A stretch of 63,868 bases of DNA, filler included, from Stramenopiles sp. TOSAG23-6 (Eukaryota): NCBI GenBank assembly GCA_900128565.1. It is 16 parts of 16 records of this genome, joined end to end, with 100 filler letters (N's around TTAATTAATTAA, not from the genome) between each part and the next. Parts side by side here need not be neighbours in the genome. Positions count along the whole stretch, not along the records: positions 44,043 to 47,929 come from LT637334.1; positions 48,030 to 51,916 come from LT637335.1; positions 52,017 to 55,903 come from LT637336.1; positions 56,004 to 59,888 come from LT637337.1; positions 59,989 to 63,868 come from LT637338.1; 11 more parts are not named here. One strand, given 5' to 3'. A program made the position numbers and the translations under genes. The notes beneath the pieces were generated by a model that worked only from the letters and a program-made list of their open reading frames with translations, made no database searches and was not told where the DNA came from. This document shows positions 47,867 through 60,965 of the stretch, one piece after another (position 1 is the stretch's first letter; each line of letters opens with the position of its first letter).

Positions 47867-48029
47867 ATGTGTTTTGGAAAAATATTTCAAAAAAAAATCG
47901 TTAGGTACAAAATTTTTATAAAAAAAAAANNNNNNNNNNNNNNNNNNNNNNNNNNNNNNNNNNNNNNNNNNNNTTAATTAATTAANNNNNNNNNNNNNNN
48001 NNNNNNNNNNNNNNNNNNNNNNNNNNNNN

Positions 48030-48531
48030 TGCGAATAGCAAAGGGACAGGAGCTATGACTGATTCTACTCCACAGCAATTGAGCCCGACTCTGGTTGTAC
48101 CAGGTAAACCAACTAATATAAATATTAGTAGTTCTTCCAGTGGAACAATTACTGTTACTTGGGATGCACCTGTGATACCTCATCATGGAGAAGCATGTGC
48201 GGGAACAGATGCTGCACCAGAACCTTGTCCATCAGGTATGGGTCGTGGTACTGAGGCAGATGGTGGTTCAAAGATTAATTATTACAACATTGAGTGGAAT
48301 AAGAGTGAAAACTTTGATTCTTCACATAGTGGTGAACATCAGTATGCTGCATCAGACCAAATTGGAGCTTATAATAGTTACTCAATTACAGGCTTGGATG
48401 TAGGTTCTACGTACTATGTCAGAGTACGCGCAGACAATGCGAATGGCAATGGACAATACTGTGAAAACTTGCCCGACGCTACTCATACTGCTTTATGCAC
48501 AGGTAATCAGCTGAGCGTAGTAGTGGTATAG
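48030..48531 (+). CDS. C-terminal fibronectin type III domain of a larger protein
   Basis: PGKPTNI...ITVTWDAP...DGGSKINYYNIEW...YSITGLDVGSTYYVRVRADN..G. Confidence 0.85.
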
Positions 48532-49148
48532 TGATTAGGGAAAACAAAAAAAAACAAATGAAAAAATGAAAAAAAATGAAAAAAAATGAAAAAAAATGAA
48601 AAGAAAACGAAGTAAATCGGGTGAGATTACAATCCTAAAAGGAAAGTTTCTTACCAACCAGCAACAAAATCAATACTTATAACAACAACCATACACAATA
48701 AAAATAACCAAGACAACTGTTTTGGTTATATACCAATAACCCCCAATAAATACTAAAAAAAGCCATAGATTTTTATTAATCAGATTATGGTAAAACACAC
48801 AAGGCAAGAAGTCCTTGGAAACAACAAAATTATTACGAGCAACGCATTATGTATGCATCAAGGGAGGTCTTATACGCATATAGGATCATGCATCATCACG
48901 CGTAAAACACTTATGTATGTTTTTATCATTTCATCATATTATGGAACAAGTTGGGGCTTGAACTATGATTCAAATGATGTAAGAAAAAAAAACGTGCATT
49001 AGGAAGAAAAAAAAAACTAGAAATAGAATTTAGAATTTTATAGTTTTATAGAAAAATTCGCCATATTTAAAATTATTGTCGTTGAATTGAAGAATGCAAA
49101 AAAATAAATATGCCATATTTTTATTTCATCTTTATTTATAATTTATTA

Positions 49149-51135
49149 CTACTGTCCAGGGACAGGAACTTTTCGCTTCTTTTTACGTTTCTTCTTCTGT
49201 TTTTTTTTGGATTTATTGTCTTCTAGTTTGTTTTGTTGTTTCTTTCTCGACGAAAAAGACATAACTGTATCAATGATTTTGCGTTTCTTTGGGGGTAATG
49301 GCACAACCGATGTTTTCTCTTCATCCGTAATTTGAGTACATGTCTCCATTTTGATTTGACTTTGTTTTTTTGCTTCTCTGTTGATTTGGGTTTGATNNNN
49401 NNNNNNNNNNNNNNNNNNNNNNNNNNNNNNNNNNNNNNNNNNNNNNNNNNGCTTCTTCACATATTTTTGCGTCTGTTTCGCCTTTCTTCTCGGCATCACA
49501 CAAATCACGCCCTTCGCATCTTCGAACAAATAGCGAGACGAAAAAACCATTCATTTTATCTTCAGATGGATCTACTCTAACAACTTTTGCAGCATCTGAA
49601 GGGGAAAGACCCTCGCCACGCCAACCACGCCGGTGCCAACCTGGTAAAGCTGTTGATAACTCCCACCCAGCCCCTGCACCCCCAATTACACCCTGCGAGA
49701 CAGACCACTCGAGTGCAGCAGCTACAACAGCTTCGTTTTCAGTAGCAAGGACCGAGCATGTTGAATATGTAAGACGCCTTGCATGAGGAAACGTAAAAGC
49801 GTGTTTGATAGCACTCAATTGGAAACTTGAGAGTTTAGCAGCTCGGTTACGAAGCTGTTCAGAGATATGTACATTTCGTCGTTGAATGTTTGATATATCA
49901 GGAGATTTGTATACACCAAGCATGGTGGTGGTACCAGTTACATCATTATAATAAGTATTTGCCGATCTCCTCCTAGAGCTAGTTGGTGTAGTATTTGAAT
50001 ATCCATCTATAATATGATGCTGTGGCATGCCTGTTCCAGAACACGAGGGATCTAAAAGAATAGCTCTAACATTCTGATATTTTTCATCTTTGGGATCAAT
50101 TTGCAAAAAATCTGCAAGGTGAGGTTTAACGACATTATTCGCCCCAGCTTCTAGCATCCGACGCTCGAGTAAAGCTAGACGTTTCTCAGATTTATCAAAT
50201 GCAAAAATTTTGCTTGCTTCGCTGTAAACCCTAGATGGTGTCGTTGACGGGATGTCCGATTTACCAATACAAATGCCAAAACCAGATGAAATTTGTGCAG
50301 CCGCATGACTTGTTTTGTTTCCAGGAGCAGCGCAACAATCAATAATATCGCAAACTGTAGACGGTTCATTTTGTAAGTCGAGAGTTGCTCCTATCTGTCC
50401 TAGTAAGATAAAGGCTGGAAAACAACTGGCTTTATCCTGTAATATGAGCTTTCCTGTTAAAACTAAAGGATGGTCATGCAAATCAGTGTTTGCAGGTAAC
50501 ATCAACAACCCAGGAATAACAGTGTCTTCAATAGCTTTATGACCACCGTTTTCTCGTAGAGATTTAATAGCTATTTCTACAGTGCATTGTAAAGAATTTA
50601 CCCGTGCAAATCTGAGTAGTTCTGGTCTACTAGTACGACGCAAATGTNNNNNNNNNNNNNNNNNNNNNNNNNNNAGAAGCAACTCATTCAATTTTCGTTG
50701 TCGAGATTGTTCATTTTTCTTTTCTACAGCATGATCATCGTGTGTATTGTCAGTAGGATTTTCGTGTTTATTGTCAGTAACAAGGTTTTTTTCCTTACGC
50801 AAAGAATTAAGAGCAACTCGAAGTGCTGATTCATGTTTACGAAGCATCCGTTTTACCGCACCACCCCCACGAACACCTTGACCCAAAAGAAAGTCATACA
50901 TCATCACAAGAAGCACACCACGACAACGCACTGCAGTATCCCACTGCTTTTTACTAACACCACTTCTTTTCATGATCTCTTCGAGTACTCCTCTAAAACG
51001 GAGAGTTTCACTAACTAGAGCAAACATTTGTGGCTTGTTACGAACTCTAGTACTTAATGTCAAGTTCTTCACACTACCTCGCCGGTTCATTACATCATTG
51101 ACAATTCCCCCTGCCTGAGTATACACTCGAGACAT
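49149..51135 (-). CDS. NSUN5: 25S/28S rRNA m5C methyltransferase NSUN5/Rcm1 (gapped)
   Basis: LHDHPL..GKLILQDKASCFPA, DCCAAPGNKTSH, ILLDPSCSG, YSTCS...ENE.VV. Confidence 0.92.
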
Positions 51136-51407
51136 TTTGCTAAATGCAAAACTTGAATGAAAGTATATTGTGTAGGTAGTCCTAGCTGGAGACATATGGA
51201 AGTAAACAAACCGACAATTTGAACTGAATCTCTATTTATTTGGAACATGACGATGACGACACGAAAAAATGTTCAGCTGCTGTTGTGTTCACGATTTTTC
51301 CAAACTGGTCAATTTCATTTTTTATTTGCTGCTCACCAACCAGTATACTGTAGTACCAATCAAGTCCTTAGCGAAGCAACCAGGATTTAAACTCACCTCT
51401 TTTTGCA

Positions 51408-51897
51408 ATGTCTGCTGGCTACTTAGGCAAATTAAAGTCACTAGCCGGACAGGTTGCTGATGTGGCAGGGCAGCATCTCGCTGTGGCTGGNNCAGGTTGC
51501 AGGTGATGTAGCTGACCGTGTTGTTGGTGGTAGTGTTCTTGCTCGTGCGACTGATTCTTCTGACGAGCCAACTCCCGGTTATCTTTTCGGTGAAATTTCA
51601 AAAATGACGCATGGTACTGCTGTACAATGTGACAAGGTTTCTGATTACCTTATAGCTCAACTTCGATCAAACAGTGTGATCAAGAAACGTAAAGTGTTGA
51701 TCATTTACAAGCATATAGCAAAAACCGCATCCCCTCGTTTTAAACGCAATCTCCAGATGAGGACTGCAGAAGTAAAGCGTTGCTTACATTTCAAAGGACC
51801 TCTTCATGACACGAAAGGCGATCGACCTAATGCTGCTGTTCGTGCAGCTGCAAAAGCAGCATTGGAAAGTCACACAGAAAATATCAACAGTCTATAG
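51408..51897 (+). CDS. ENTH/VHS-domain protein, tepsin (AP-4 accessory)-like N-terminus
   Basis: ATDSSDEPTPGYLFGEI...K.KVL.I.KH...F.GPLH..KGD.PN..VR.AAK. Confidence 0.8.
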
Positions 51898-52081
51898 ACT
51901 ATGGAAGATGTAGGGANNNNNNNNNNNNNNNNNNNNNNNNNNNNNNNNNNNNNNNNNNNNTTAATTAATTAANNNNNNNNNNNNNNNNNNNNNNNNNNNN
52001 NNNNNNNNNNNNNNNNTAGGTACAAAATTTCGTACGAAAAAAAAAATTCAATTTCAAATTTAAAAAAAAAATAAAACATAC

Positions 52082-53885
52082 ATATGCAATAGTCACAAAT
52101 AAAGGAAATAATTCAGATAAGGCCATCCAAAATAAATCTTGATCATATGCAATTGTTGGCATTCCTAAAAAGCCCCGAATATCCATGACTCCTGCTCCTG
52201 TATATGAAATTCCTAAAAAAGTCGATTCTGGAAAATTTTCAATTTTGTTTTGTTCTACAATCCAATTATCAATTACAGCTTGTAGGGTAACAAAACCACT
52301 ACGGAGATAATCATTAACATACCCTGTTCTCCCTTTCTTTCCATCATGTATTGTGAAAAAAACACGAAATTAAAAAAAAAAAAAAAAATCGTTAGGTAAA
52401 AAATTTTTTTACCAAAAAAAAAAAAAATCAAAATTGAAAAAAAAATAAAACATACATTGAGGTCCAGCGGAATGAAAAATAACTGCAGCACCAATAACTT
52501 GTCCACTATACCTGTACCCAGGTGATTGTACAAAATGATCCCTGTAGTGTGAAAAACAAAAATAGGAAAAAGTTGTTTGGTACAAATTTTCGTATGAAAC
52601 CAAAAAAAAAAAAAATTCTATAAAAAATTTCTATAAAAAAATTATTTTTTTCTTAGGTACAAATTTTCGTATGAAAAAAACATTCTATAAAAAAAAAACA
52701 TACATGTCTTCCTCTGTCCACAATCCCTCTGCTGGGAAATTCTTACCACTTTCAAAGTCATCATCAGAGAAATCATCAGGATGTTTTAAATCTCTATATG
52801 TTACTTTTATATCCAATGCTTCTCTAAATGATGAATAGTCAGGTAAGCTTTGTAATAAATTATTGTAAAATGTCTTAGCAGCCAGTTTTGTTCCATCATC
52901 TGCAGATTTTGGTGTTGTGATGAGCAATTTTTGTACTGGACATAATTTTTTGATTAATTTTGCTATATTCATTATATTTTTAGCTTTTGTAAAATCAATC
53001 TCGATTAGTCTTTGTACTAATTCGCGTTGTAAACATTGTACATGAAAGTTAGCTCCCCCATTATGTAAAAACAAACTTCCCCAACATATATTGTGAAAAA
53101 ATATATATTTTTTTTTTTTAAATTTGTTAGGTACGAAATTTCGTACAAAAAAAAAAAAAAAAAAAAAAAAAAAACATACCTCTAGGACGCAAGTCTGCTT
53201 TATTTTCTAGCCGATTTTGAAAATGAGAGACTTGATTTCGAATATTATCAATACCATACACGGAACAACGTGGATCGCCTGGGAAAAGAGGTGGGAATGT
53301 CTTTGATAATGATGTAGAAATTTTTGCGATTGTATCAAAGCCAAGAGATTCAATTAGTTTTGATCCTTGTACTGTCGTCTTTGCACGTTTAAGAAACTCA
53401 GCTTGTTGTTCTGGCGGCAAATCATCCCAACCTCGAAGTCTTGTACCATTGAGAGTGATATCAATATATTCCTGAAGGAGTTGAGTGGCAACATCTTTTA
53501 ATTTTGGGTTATCTTCGACTATTAAACAAACGTCACAACAGAGTAAGTTACGCTGCTCGAAATCAGCGAGTGGTGGTATATCTGAGCTCAGAGCTGACAC
53601 ATTTCGAACAGCATCTCTATGTTTCACATGGATCAAATCACGTAGAGAAACAAGTACCATGAGCAAAATAGGCATTGCAAGTATTTCTGATAGAGCAAGA
53701 GGCCAACGACGCTTTTTTAGTTTGCAATTTTTCCAAAACATTAAGGAAACATTACGACGAGAGCACCCACAGAATGAGTAGCAACGACAGTCATCCGACA
53801 AGTCATTTCTATACCAGGCGGACTTCCGCCGTTGCGCAAACGGTCTCATTGACTCGTCATGCTCATCCATATCATTTAAATCCAT
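52082..53885 (-). CDS. ABC transporter subfamily A, N-terminal part; introns 53179-53086 (GT-AT), 52703-52542 (GT-AG), 52455-52346 (phase mismatch, exon probably lost), donor at 52081
   Basis: LMFWKNCKLKKRRW...EI..P; YLRSGFVTLQAVID. Confidence 0.85.
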
Positions 53886-54394
53886 CAATGATGATGTATA
53901 GAGATTTCATTACAAGTTGTAGCAAACACAATGTTGTTTCTAGTTGGACTATATGATATGAGATGATGGATATATAGGTAGTAAGGCCAATATATAGATA
54001 CGATGTGTTCCATCAGCCATTCAAATCAAATTCGAGTCAAAAATTTTTGAAAAAAAAATTTAATCTATTTTTGACAGCTGCGGCATAGCATATAATAAAC
54101 ACGAAATAAATATAAAACAGTTTCATTTTTTCCGGATTCATTCAGCGAGAAAGCCGCCGATTTGGGATTATTGACCTCCTGAAGACAAATTCTGGAATGT
54201 GGAAGAATTAATTTTTTAGAATATTGTGTTGCAATGTTGCACCAGATGACATTGTCACAAATGAATCACATATATTGCTATTCATCGTATTAATATATAC
54301 GTACCATATTGAACACTGATATTGATTAGTGTGTCAAAAGCTTCCTATCGTTGATTGAAGCAATAGTTGATTGAAGCAATAGTTGATTGAAGCA

Positions 54395-55644
54395 ATGGAA
54401 GAGGAATGCACTGTATGTCGTAGTACATCCTTTTACGAAAATGAGATTGGAGAGCTTGTTTGCAATGAGTGTCAGTCTGTCTCTTTGCAAGTATCTCAGG
54501 CCAATGTTGAAGTCGAACTCGATTTAGGAAACATTGGTCGTCAAGGTCCTTTTGGTGTTGGTATTTTATCTGCTAAAGGGAAATCGGAAGCGAAACGAAG
54601 AAGAGATGAAAGTGGAACAAATCGAAAAGAAAGTTGTTCATTGACTGCCAAAGCCTGTCTAGAATCATTCCAATGGTTACTACATCAGCAAGCATTACAT
54701 CTCACTACTCAAAAAGGTTGTCATTCACGCCTTGTACCTACAATGAAACAGCTTTGGTTAAGGTATGTACGATTTTTGTTCCATCCCAGTCTTGCACATA
54801 AAAGTTGTACAACATCAAATACGTCTAGTACTCAGAGGAGTGGTGTATCTACACACCAACAACAAACAGATCCATCTTCTTTCCTTGATAATCTATCATG
54901 GTTGACTCAAAATGATGATGTTGTATCAAATTCTCAATCATCACAATTATCAAGTCATGTAAATGTTTCTTCTTCAAAGCATCAGTTACCTCATACCACT
55001 AACCCTAATTCCAACCCTAATTCCAACATGAGACAAATTGAAAGAAAAATTCTTTCTTGGTTTTCTGGTCAGTTTAAAAAAAATAGTAATAACACAAAAT
55101 GTGGAAAAGAAAAATCGAGGTGTAATGATCGTGTACGTTTTCATTATGAATTTCAAATTTATTTTTTTTTTTTTTGGTTTTCGTACGAAATTTCGTACCT
55201 AACATTTTTTTTTTTTTTGAGTTTTTTTTTCGATACGTTTTCATTATGAATTTCAAATTTATTTTTTTTTTTTTGGTTTTNNNNNNNNNNNNNNNNNNNN
55301 NNNNNNNNNNNNNNNNNNNNNNNNNNNNNNNNNNNNNNNNNNNNNNNNNNNNNNNNNNNNNNNNNNNNNNNNNNNNNNNNNNNNNNNNNNNNNNNNNNNN
55401 NNNNNNNNNNNNNNNNNNNNNNNNNNNNNNNNNNNNNNNNNNNNNNNNNNNNNNNNNNNNNAATTGAATTTTTTTTTTTTTTTTTTTTTTTTCGTAAAAA
55501 AAATCATAATTTTTTTTTAACCAATTTGATTTTTTTTTTTTTTTTTCACAATACATATTATGGCTGCACAAATATGTCGCTGGGCAAGGTCTGGTTCTAT
55601 ACCATTTTTATACGAGAATACATTTCGATGTATGCCGAAAAAAT
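54395..55644 (+). CDS. TAF1B/Rrn7-like Pol I initiation factor, fragmentary
   Basis: N-terminal CxxC...G.LVCxxC zinc ribbon; FQWLL..QA...KQLWLRY; later exon IMAAQICRWARSGSIPF. Confidence 0.7.
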
Positions 55645-56058
55645 GTATGTTTTTTTTTTTTTTTTTANNNNNNNNNNNNNNNNNNNNNNNNNNNNNNAAT
55701 TGAATTTTTTTTTTTTTTTTTTTTTTTTCGTAAAAAAAATCATAATTTTTTTTTAACCAATTTGATTTTTTTTTTTTTTTTTCACAATACATATTATGGC
55801 TGCACAAATATGTCGCTGGGCAAGGTCTGGTTCTATACCATTTTTATACGAGAATACATTTCGATGTATGCCGAAAAAATGTATGTTTTTTTTTTTTTTT
55901 TTANNNNNNNNNNNNNNNNNNNNNNNNNNNNNNNNNNNNNNNNNNNNTTAATTAATTAANNNNNNNNNNNNNNNNNNNNNNNNNNNNNNNNNNNNNNNNN
56001 NNNGTACGAAATTTTGTACCTAACAAAAAACATTTTGAAATATTTTTCCAAAATACAT

Positions 56059-56286
56059 AAAGGAATGCTGAAGGATTTCAATTATGCTTTGGTATGGGGA
56101 CAAAGTACAAAGTACGCAATGCAGCGCTGTGGTCTAAAACATATTCTTCAAGATGAGGATGTCATTCAAGTAGTCAAACGGACAAATCAACAGCAGAGGC
56201 GTACGAAAGACTACGCGTCTCAATGTCAACAAGTCTACGACGACTACAAGGCAAAGAGAAAGAGTAAAAAACCCCTCAAGACATAA
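56059..56286 (+). CDS. DRG2: C-terminal (TGS) exon of DRG2, inverted relative to its N-terminus
   Basis: KGMLKDFNYALVWGQSTKY..QRCGLKHILQDEDVIQVVK; preceded by intron end CCAAAATACAT. Confidence 0.88.
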   Translation, partial: KGMLKDFNYALVWGQSTKYAMQRCGLKHILQDEDVIQVVKRTNQQQRRTKDYASQCQQVYDDYKAKRKSKKPLKT

Positions 56287-56487
56287 TTTTAATCATTTTA
56301 AAAAGTTTGTAGTAAATAAAAATTAGAAATTTCGATCATTCTCATTTATTATTATTATACGCTAAAATTTGTAATGACCATTCATAGAAATGTTGAAAGT
56401 GTGATCAAGTACCACATTGTTCACCATTATTTTGGTGTGATTATTATTATATTTCTATAGTTTTCGTTTATATTATTACCACCTTAA

Positions 56488-57410
56488 TTAACCACTTTGA
56501 CGACTACAACGTTTGTGGTTTTTCGATTTTATATTTTTCTTCGATTTTTTTTTTGTTTTAACTTCTGCATTACTATTATATACTTGATTGTTCTCGACAG
56601 TAGTTGCAGGTCTTTTATTCCATTGATCACGATTATTTTGCTCATTATCATAATCCACTTCACTACTAAAACTAATGCGTCTTTCACGAAACACCCTCTT
56701 TTTGTTATCATCATCAACTTTCAATATAGATATGACTTTTTGTTCCTTACTTTGAAAACTTTGTTTTGGCCTTTTACCTTGTACGATATCTGACCAATTA
56801 TGAAGAGGAAAGACAATAGACTTTGTCGAGTCATTCGTTTCAAGACGAGCAATAAATGGAGTGAGCGATGATGATTGACTTCCATTGTTTTGTTTGTTTT
56901 GTTTGTTTTGTTTCTTTCGATCAGAGATGCAGTTTTTCTTTTTATTTTCATTAGCATTTTTTTCATCATTCAAAAATTTCATTTCAGATCTCTTTCGTTT
57001 CGTACCAGTTGTTGGTCTCTCCTTTATTGTCTGTTTTGTATGGCGTGCAGGTGTCATGATTGATCGCCTATCCTCTTTATTTTCAAAACTTGGCCAAGAT
57101 TCTTTTATTATTTGTGTCTGAGGTGTAATTAATCCAACATCATTCTGATCAGAGTTATTTTGTATATTAATATCAATCATTAATTTAATTGAAGAATTAT
57201 TCGCATTTTCATCACCATCACATTTTGATTCTTTGTTCATTATTTTACTATCTTGATTTCCATTTTGATTTGCATCAACTTTTTGTAAATCATTAAGAAA
57301 CTGTGACTGTAACTGTTGCTTCCTACGTTCTCTTGCAGCTAGATCTTGAAGTGCTATTATATGCATTGCTAGTCTATTTGTAAAAGTACGACATTCTAGC
57401 AAGTCAACGG
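56488..57410 (-). CDS. Low-complexity C-terminus of an unrelated gene, fused in frame to DRG2 by a chimeric junction
   Basis: Abrupt loss of DRG similarity after HGTTI. Confidence 0.55.
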
Positions 57411-57414
57411 GATC

Positions 57415-58386
57415 TATTGTAGTACCATGTCGCCAATTACTCAATACAACAGGTTCTTCAAGATCTGGTGCCTGTCCACGCTTCTTGGTATAAATGCGGA
57501 CAAGGCCCATTTCGTACCACATGCGTTCCAACAAGCGATCCATATTCAATTTCAAACTAACACTACAAACAACACTATAGTCAGTACGAGCAAGTCTGTC
57601 ACAATCCTCGATACTTACTAAATCACACTTATTCCATACGTGAATACATCGACAATATTTTCTATTACCTTCAATAACATCAATCAATTCATCTGGACTA
57701 TAGTCACCTCTAAATAACACTTCTGCATTATGAATTTTATACTCATGAAGAATTTGTTTCACTGCCTTAGCTGGATTATCTCCAAATTTTGTCAACTTGA
57801 CAACAGTATTAAACTTTACTCCACCATCCATTTTTTTCTTGAATGCTATATTCGGGGGTGTCTTATTCAGCCTCAAACCAACAGTTTCAAGTTCTGTGCG
57901 CAAAATTTCTAAATGGTTCTTTTTTCCTTCGTTTGCTGCGTCTAAAACAATCAATATTAAATCTGCAGATTTTGCGACTGCAATTACCTCCCGTCCACGC
58001 CCTTTGCCATGTGACGCACCTTCAATAATACCTGGTAGATCCAATAATTGAATCTTCACACCTTTGTAGAATATATTGCCAGGAATACAGGTCAGTGTGG
58101 TGAACTCGTATGCAGCCTGTTCACTTTTGGTGTCTGTAAGGGTTGACAAAAGGGTTGATTTTCCTACTGAAGGGAAACCTATCAATGCAACTCGTGCATC
58201 CCCAGATTTAGCTACAGCAAAACCTTCGCCTCCACCACTACCAGGAGCAACTTTTGGTGTAAGTAGTTCTGTTCGGAGCTTTGCCAACTTTGCCTTGAGA
58301 GAGCAAAGGTGAGACATTGTAGCTTTATTCTTTTGTGTTCGTCTCATTTCAAGCTCAATGGCTTCGATTTTCTCCAAGATTCCCAT
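57415..58386 (-). CDS. DRG2: Developmentally regulated GTP-binding protein 2, N-terminal part
   Basis: MGILEKI..IE.EM.RTQKNKAT, GFPSVGKST, YEFTTLTCIPG, DLPGIIEGA..GKGRGR, NKCD. Confidence 0.95.
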
Positions 58387-58786
58387 AATGAAAATTTATA
58401 TGTTATGATGATATGTTAGTATANCTTAAGCTCTATTTTAACTAGTTTCCAGGTAATACTTGAGTTTTACACAATCACTGTAATAATGTTAAATCGATAC
58501 TTCACGTCTACTTGGTCAATGACGACGACGAACCACTGGCCAATCTATGACCGCTCTGACTGCTGACTGGCAGACTCTTGCACACGAAATCGAAGAAAAC
58601 AATGAAGCAGTCGCGTAGAATTTGAAATTCTGTTCCTGTGTCTGAAATTCTCTCTCTCTCTCTCTGATCATACTTACTATATAGTACAGATTTCAGATTA
58701 TATATAGCAAGCAACTGTACATATATTTGTGTTTCAAATTCACAACTATCATAGAAAGTATATTTGATATTCAAAGCTTCTCTCAC

Positions 58787-59629
58787 ATGATGAAGAATTA
58801 CAGAAATTTTGAGACTGTGATTATTGTACTATTTGTATCATACGTAGAAAAATCAACTGCAATTGCTCAATTTGTAAACAACGCAACAAAAAGTTATCCC
58901 GAGATCAAACCAAACGTCACTGCTTCAAATACATACACATGGAACACATCGGCTGATAACACATTGTCGAAGATTATGGCTATAAGAGAAAAACAGAGAG
59001 AAAGAAAGGAACAAATCATTAATTTGGCCCACAAACTTGGACTTGGTGAAAGAGGTCCATTGACACACGAAAAACTGCAAAACTACAAGGAAAAACGTGA
59101 AGAAATGTTAAAAACACAAGGAAACAGAGCTCCATTTCTACCCATTCCTTTTCCTGATATCAATGGGCGTATAACATGGAAAGAAAAAGAAAATTATAAA
59201 GCTAAAGAAGCAAAAGATAACGAAATTTTGAAGAAATTGTATAAAAAATTAAAGTTTGAAAAAGAAATGGAGAAAACAAAGACGACTGGAAGCTCGCGAA
59301 ACCTTTTAACTACCCGTTTTACAGGGCAAGGTCTATCCGATGTCGCTGAAAAAAGCATGAATGTAAACACGGTGGCACAGAAGGAAAACTGTGTTGGCTG
59401 TCGTTTTGTTTGGAATAAAGTTCACGGTGGACTTGATCAAAGTGCAGGTTATGACAAAGTAAAGAATGCTTTTGAAAGAGCTTGTATGAATATGCCTGAT
59501 GTTTTTTATGATACATGTGATATTATGTATGACCAGGAAGATTATATGGTTCAAGATTATCTAAGAAATTTGTCATTTAATGATATGTGTGTACAAGCTG
59601 GAATCTGTTGGTTGTTGCTTGTTATGTAA
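58787..59629 (+). CDS. Secreted protein with C-terminal saposin-B-like domain
   Basis: Signal-like N-terminus; CVGC...C..MP..FYDTC...C..AGIC six-Cys pattern. Confidence 0.75.
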   Translation: MMKNYRNFETVIIVLFVSYVEKSTAIAQFVNNATKSYPEIKPNVTASNTYTWNTSADNTLSKIMAIREKQRERKEQIINLAHKLGLGERGPLTHEKLQNYKEKREEMLKTQGNRAPFLPIPFPDINGRITWKEKENYKAKEAKDNEILKKLYKKLKFEKEMEKTKTTGSSRNLLTTRFTGQGLSDVAEKSMNVNTVAQKENCVGCRFVWNKVHGGLDQSAGYDKVKNAFERACMNMPDVFYDTCDIMYDQEDYMVQDYLRNLSFNDMCVQAGICWLLLVM

Positions 59630-59988
59630 GAGGAGAAAATATTGAGTACTCCAAAATGTGAAATATATATAATTTAACGAAGAATAAATGAAAATTTTAT
59701 GACTTTATCATAATGCACTTGTTTTATTTAGAATTAATAATAATGTTCGAATTTCCTTATCATTCCAGTATCTTCTAATTTTACAGAGTCCATTAGAACA
59801 TTGGTAAAGTAAAATTGAAACGAAGCCAACAAAAAAAGAATTAGCTCACCAAGCAGGCTTCCAAACGGGTCCCCCACGATCGTACTAGNNNNNNNNNNNN
59901 NNNNNNNNNNNNNNNNNNNNNNNNNNNNNNNNTTAATTAATTAANNNNNNNNNNNNNNNNNNNNNNNNNNNNNNNNNNNNNNNNNNNN

Positions 59989-60022
<34 letters not shown>

Positions 60023-60098
60023 GATAATAAAAAAACTGTTAGGTACAAAATTTCGTACGAAAAAAAAATTCAAAAAAAAAAATTAATTTTGGAAACAA

Positions 60099-60575
60099 AC
60101 TTTGTTTTGATGTCCATCCCAAAGTGAATGCATTCATTTGGTCCACATTAGCAGTCATTGAAATCCAATTTTGATCATCTGTTGCAGTGTTTGGTTCACC
60201 ATCTTTTGATAGGTGAAATAAATTTTTATTTTCCATTGCATAATTCATTTTATCGGAACAAAGCACAGAATTGTCCAAAACATAATCTAAATTATCAACA
60301 TTGCTAAATACACCAATAGAAAGATTCTTATATTGTGCAGGTGCTTGAATAATTAAATCTGCAAAACCGATTTTACCACTACCAGGTGGAACATATGCAA
60401 ATTTACCTAAAACACGAAAGCAATCAGATGGTCCTGAGCCATATATTTGAATATTTTCAGGTTCAATGATAATCGAATGTACTGCATCTATAGAAAAAAA
60501 AAGAGCATACAAGATGAAATATGTCGTTAATTTGTGTTTCTTTTTACCATGACCAAGTAAAGCTATGTTTTGCAT
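60099..60575 (-). CDS. First exon of a secreted/membrane protein, possibly GPR180/TMEM145-like (mirror copy 63282-63758)
   Basis: Signal peptide; FRVLGKFAY; ends at a repeat-intron copy. Confidence 0.5.
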
Positions 60576-60965
60576 ATCGAAGTATTGTGATTACAATAGT
60601 CTTCTCTGGATCAAATCTAAATAGTTTGATAGTACTATGTAAAGGTTGGTAATAGTTGTAGTTGTAGTTATAGTTGTAGTAGTATTAAAAACTATACTAG
60701 TATATAGATTGAAGTAGTATGTGAATAAAGTAACCGTCGGTCCGTTTTTTTAAAAGTTTTTTGTAAACAAAGTATAAGCTAGGGTTAGGGTTTTTGTTGT
60801 ATGACTGACTGTTTGATTATTCGAGAGAGCATTTCGAGAGATTGTGAAAAACGTTGTTATTCCATTGTTTTCACATACGTACTACTACGTATTCATATGA
60901 ATCGTATCTACATGTAACACTAGTGTAATTGTAAATATTTCATTGTATTGTGTATTTGATAGAAA

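Noticed and set aside
52346-52455. Introns whose removal gives an in-frame TGA (also 31651-31754): stop-codon recoding?
   Set aside because: Exon phases do not match and expected ABCA sequence is missing, so a chimeric join of two repeat copies or homopolymer errors is more likely. TGA is a normal stop elsewhere. Both were excluded from the count of 22.
54350-54396. 16-bp triple repeat GTTGATTGAAGCAATA before the start codon
   Set aside because: Short slippage duplication with no evidence of function.
55462-55902. Tandem exon duplication in the TAF1B-like gene
   Set aside because: Two identical blocks separated by an N gap; scaffolding overlap artefact.
56488-58386. 632-aa DRG with a novel C-terminal extension
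   Set aside because: The real DRG C-terminus is at 56059-56286 on the other strand, so the fusion is chimeric.
3972-59944. Regularly spaced TTAATTAATTAA motif
   Set aside because: Artificial linker within N runs; ORFs ending in X..LIN and gene adjacency across linkers are meaningless.
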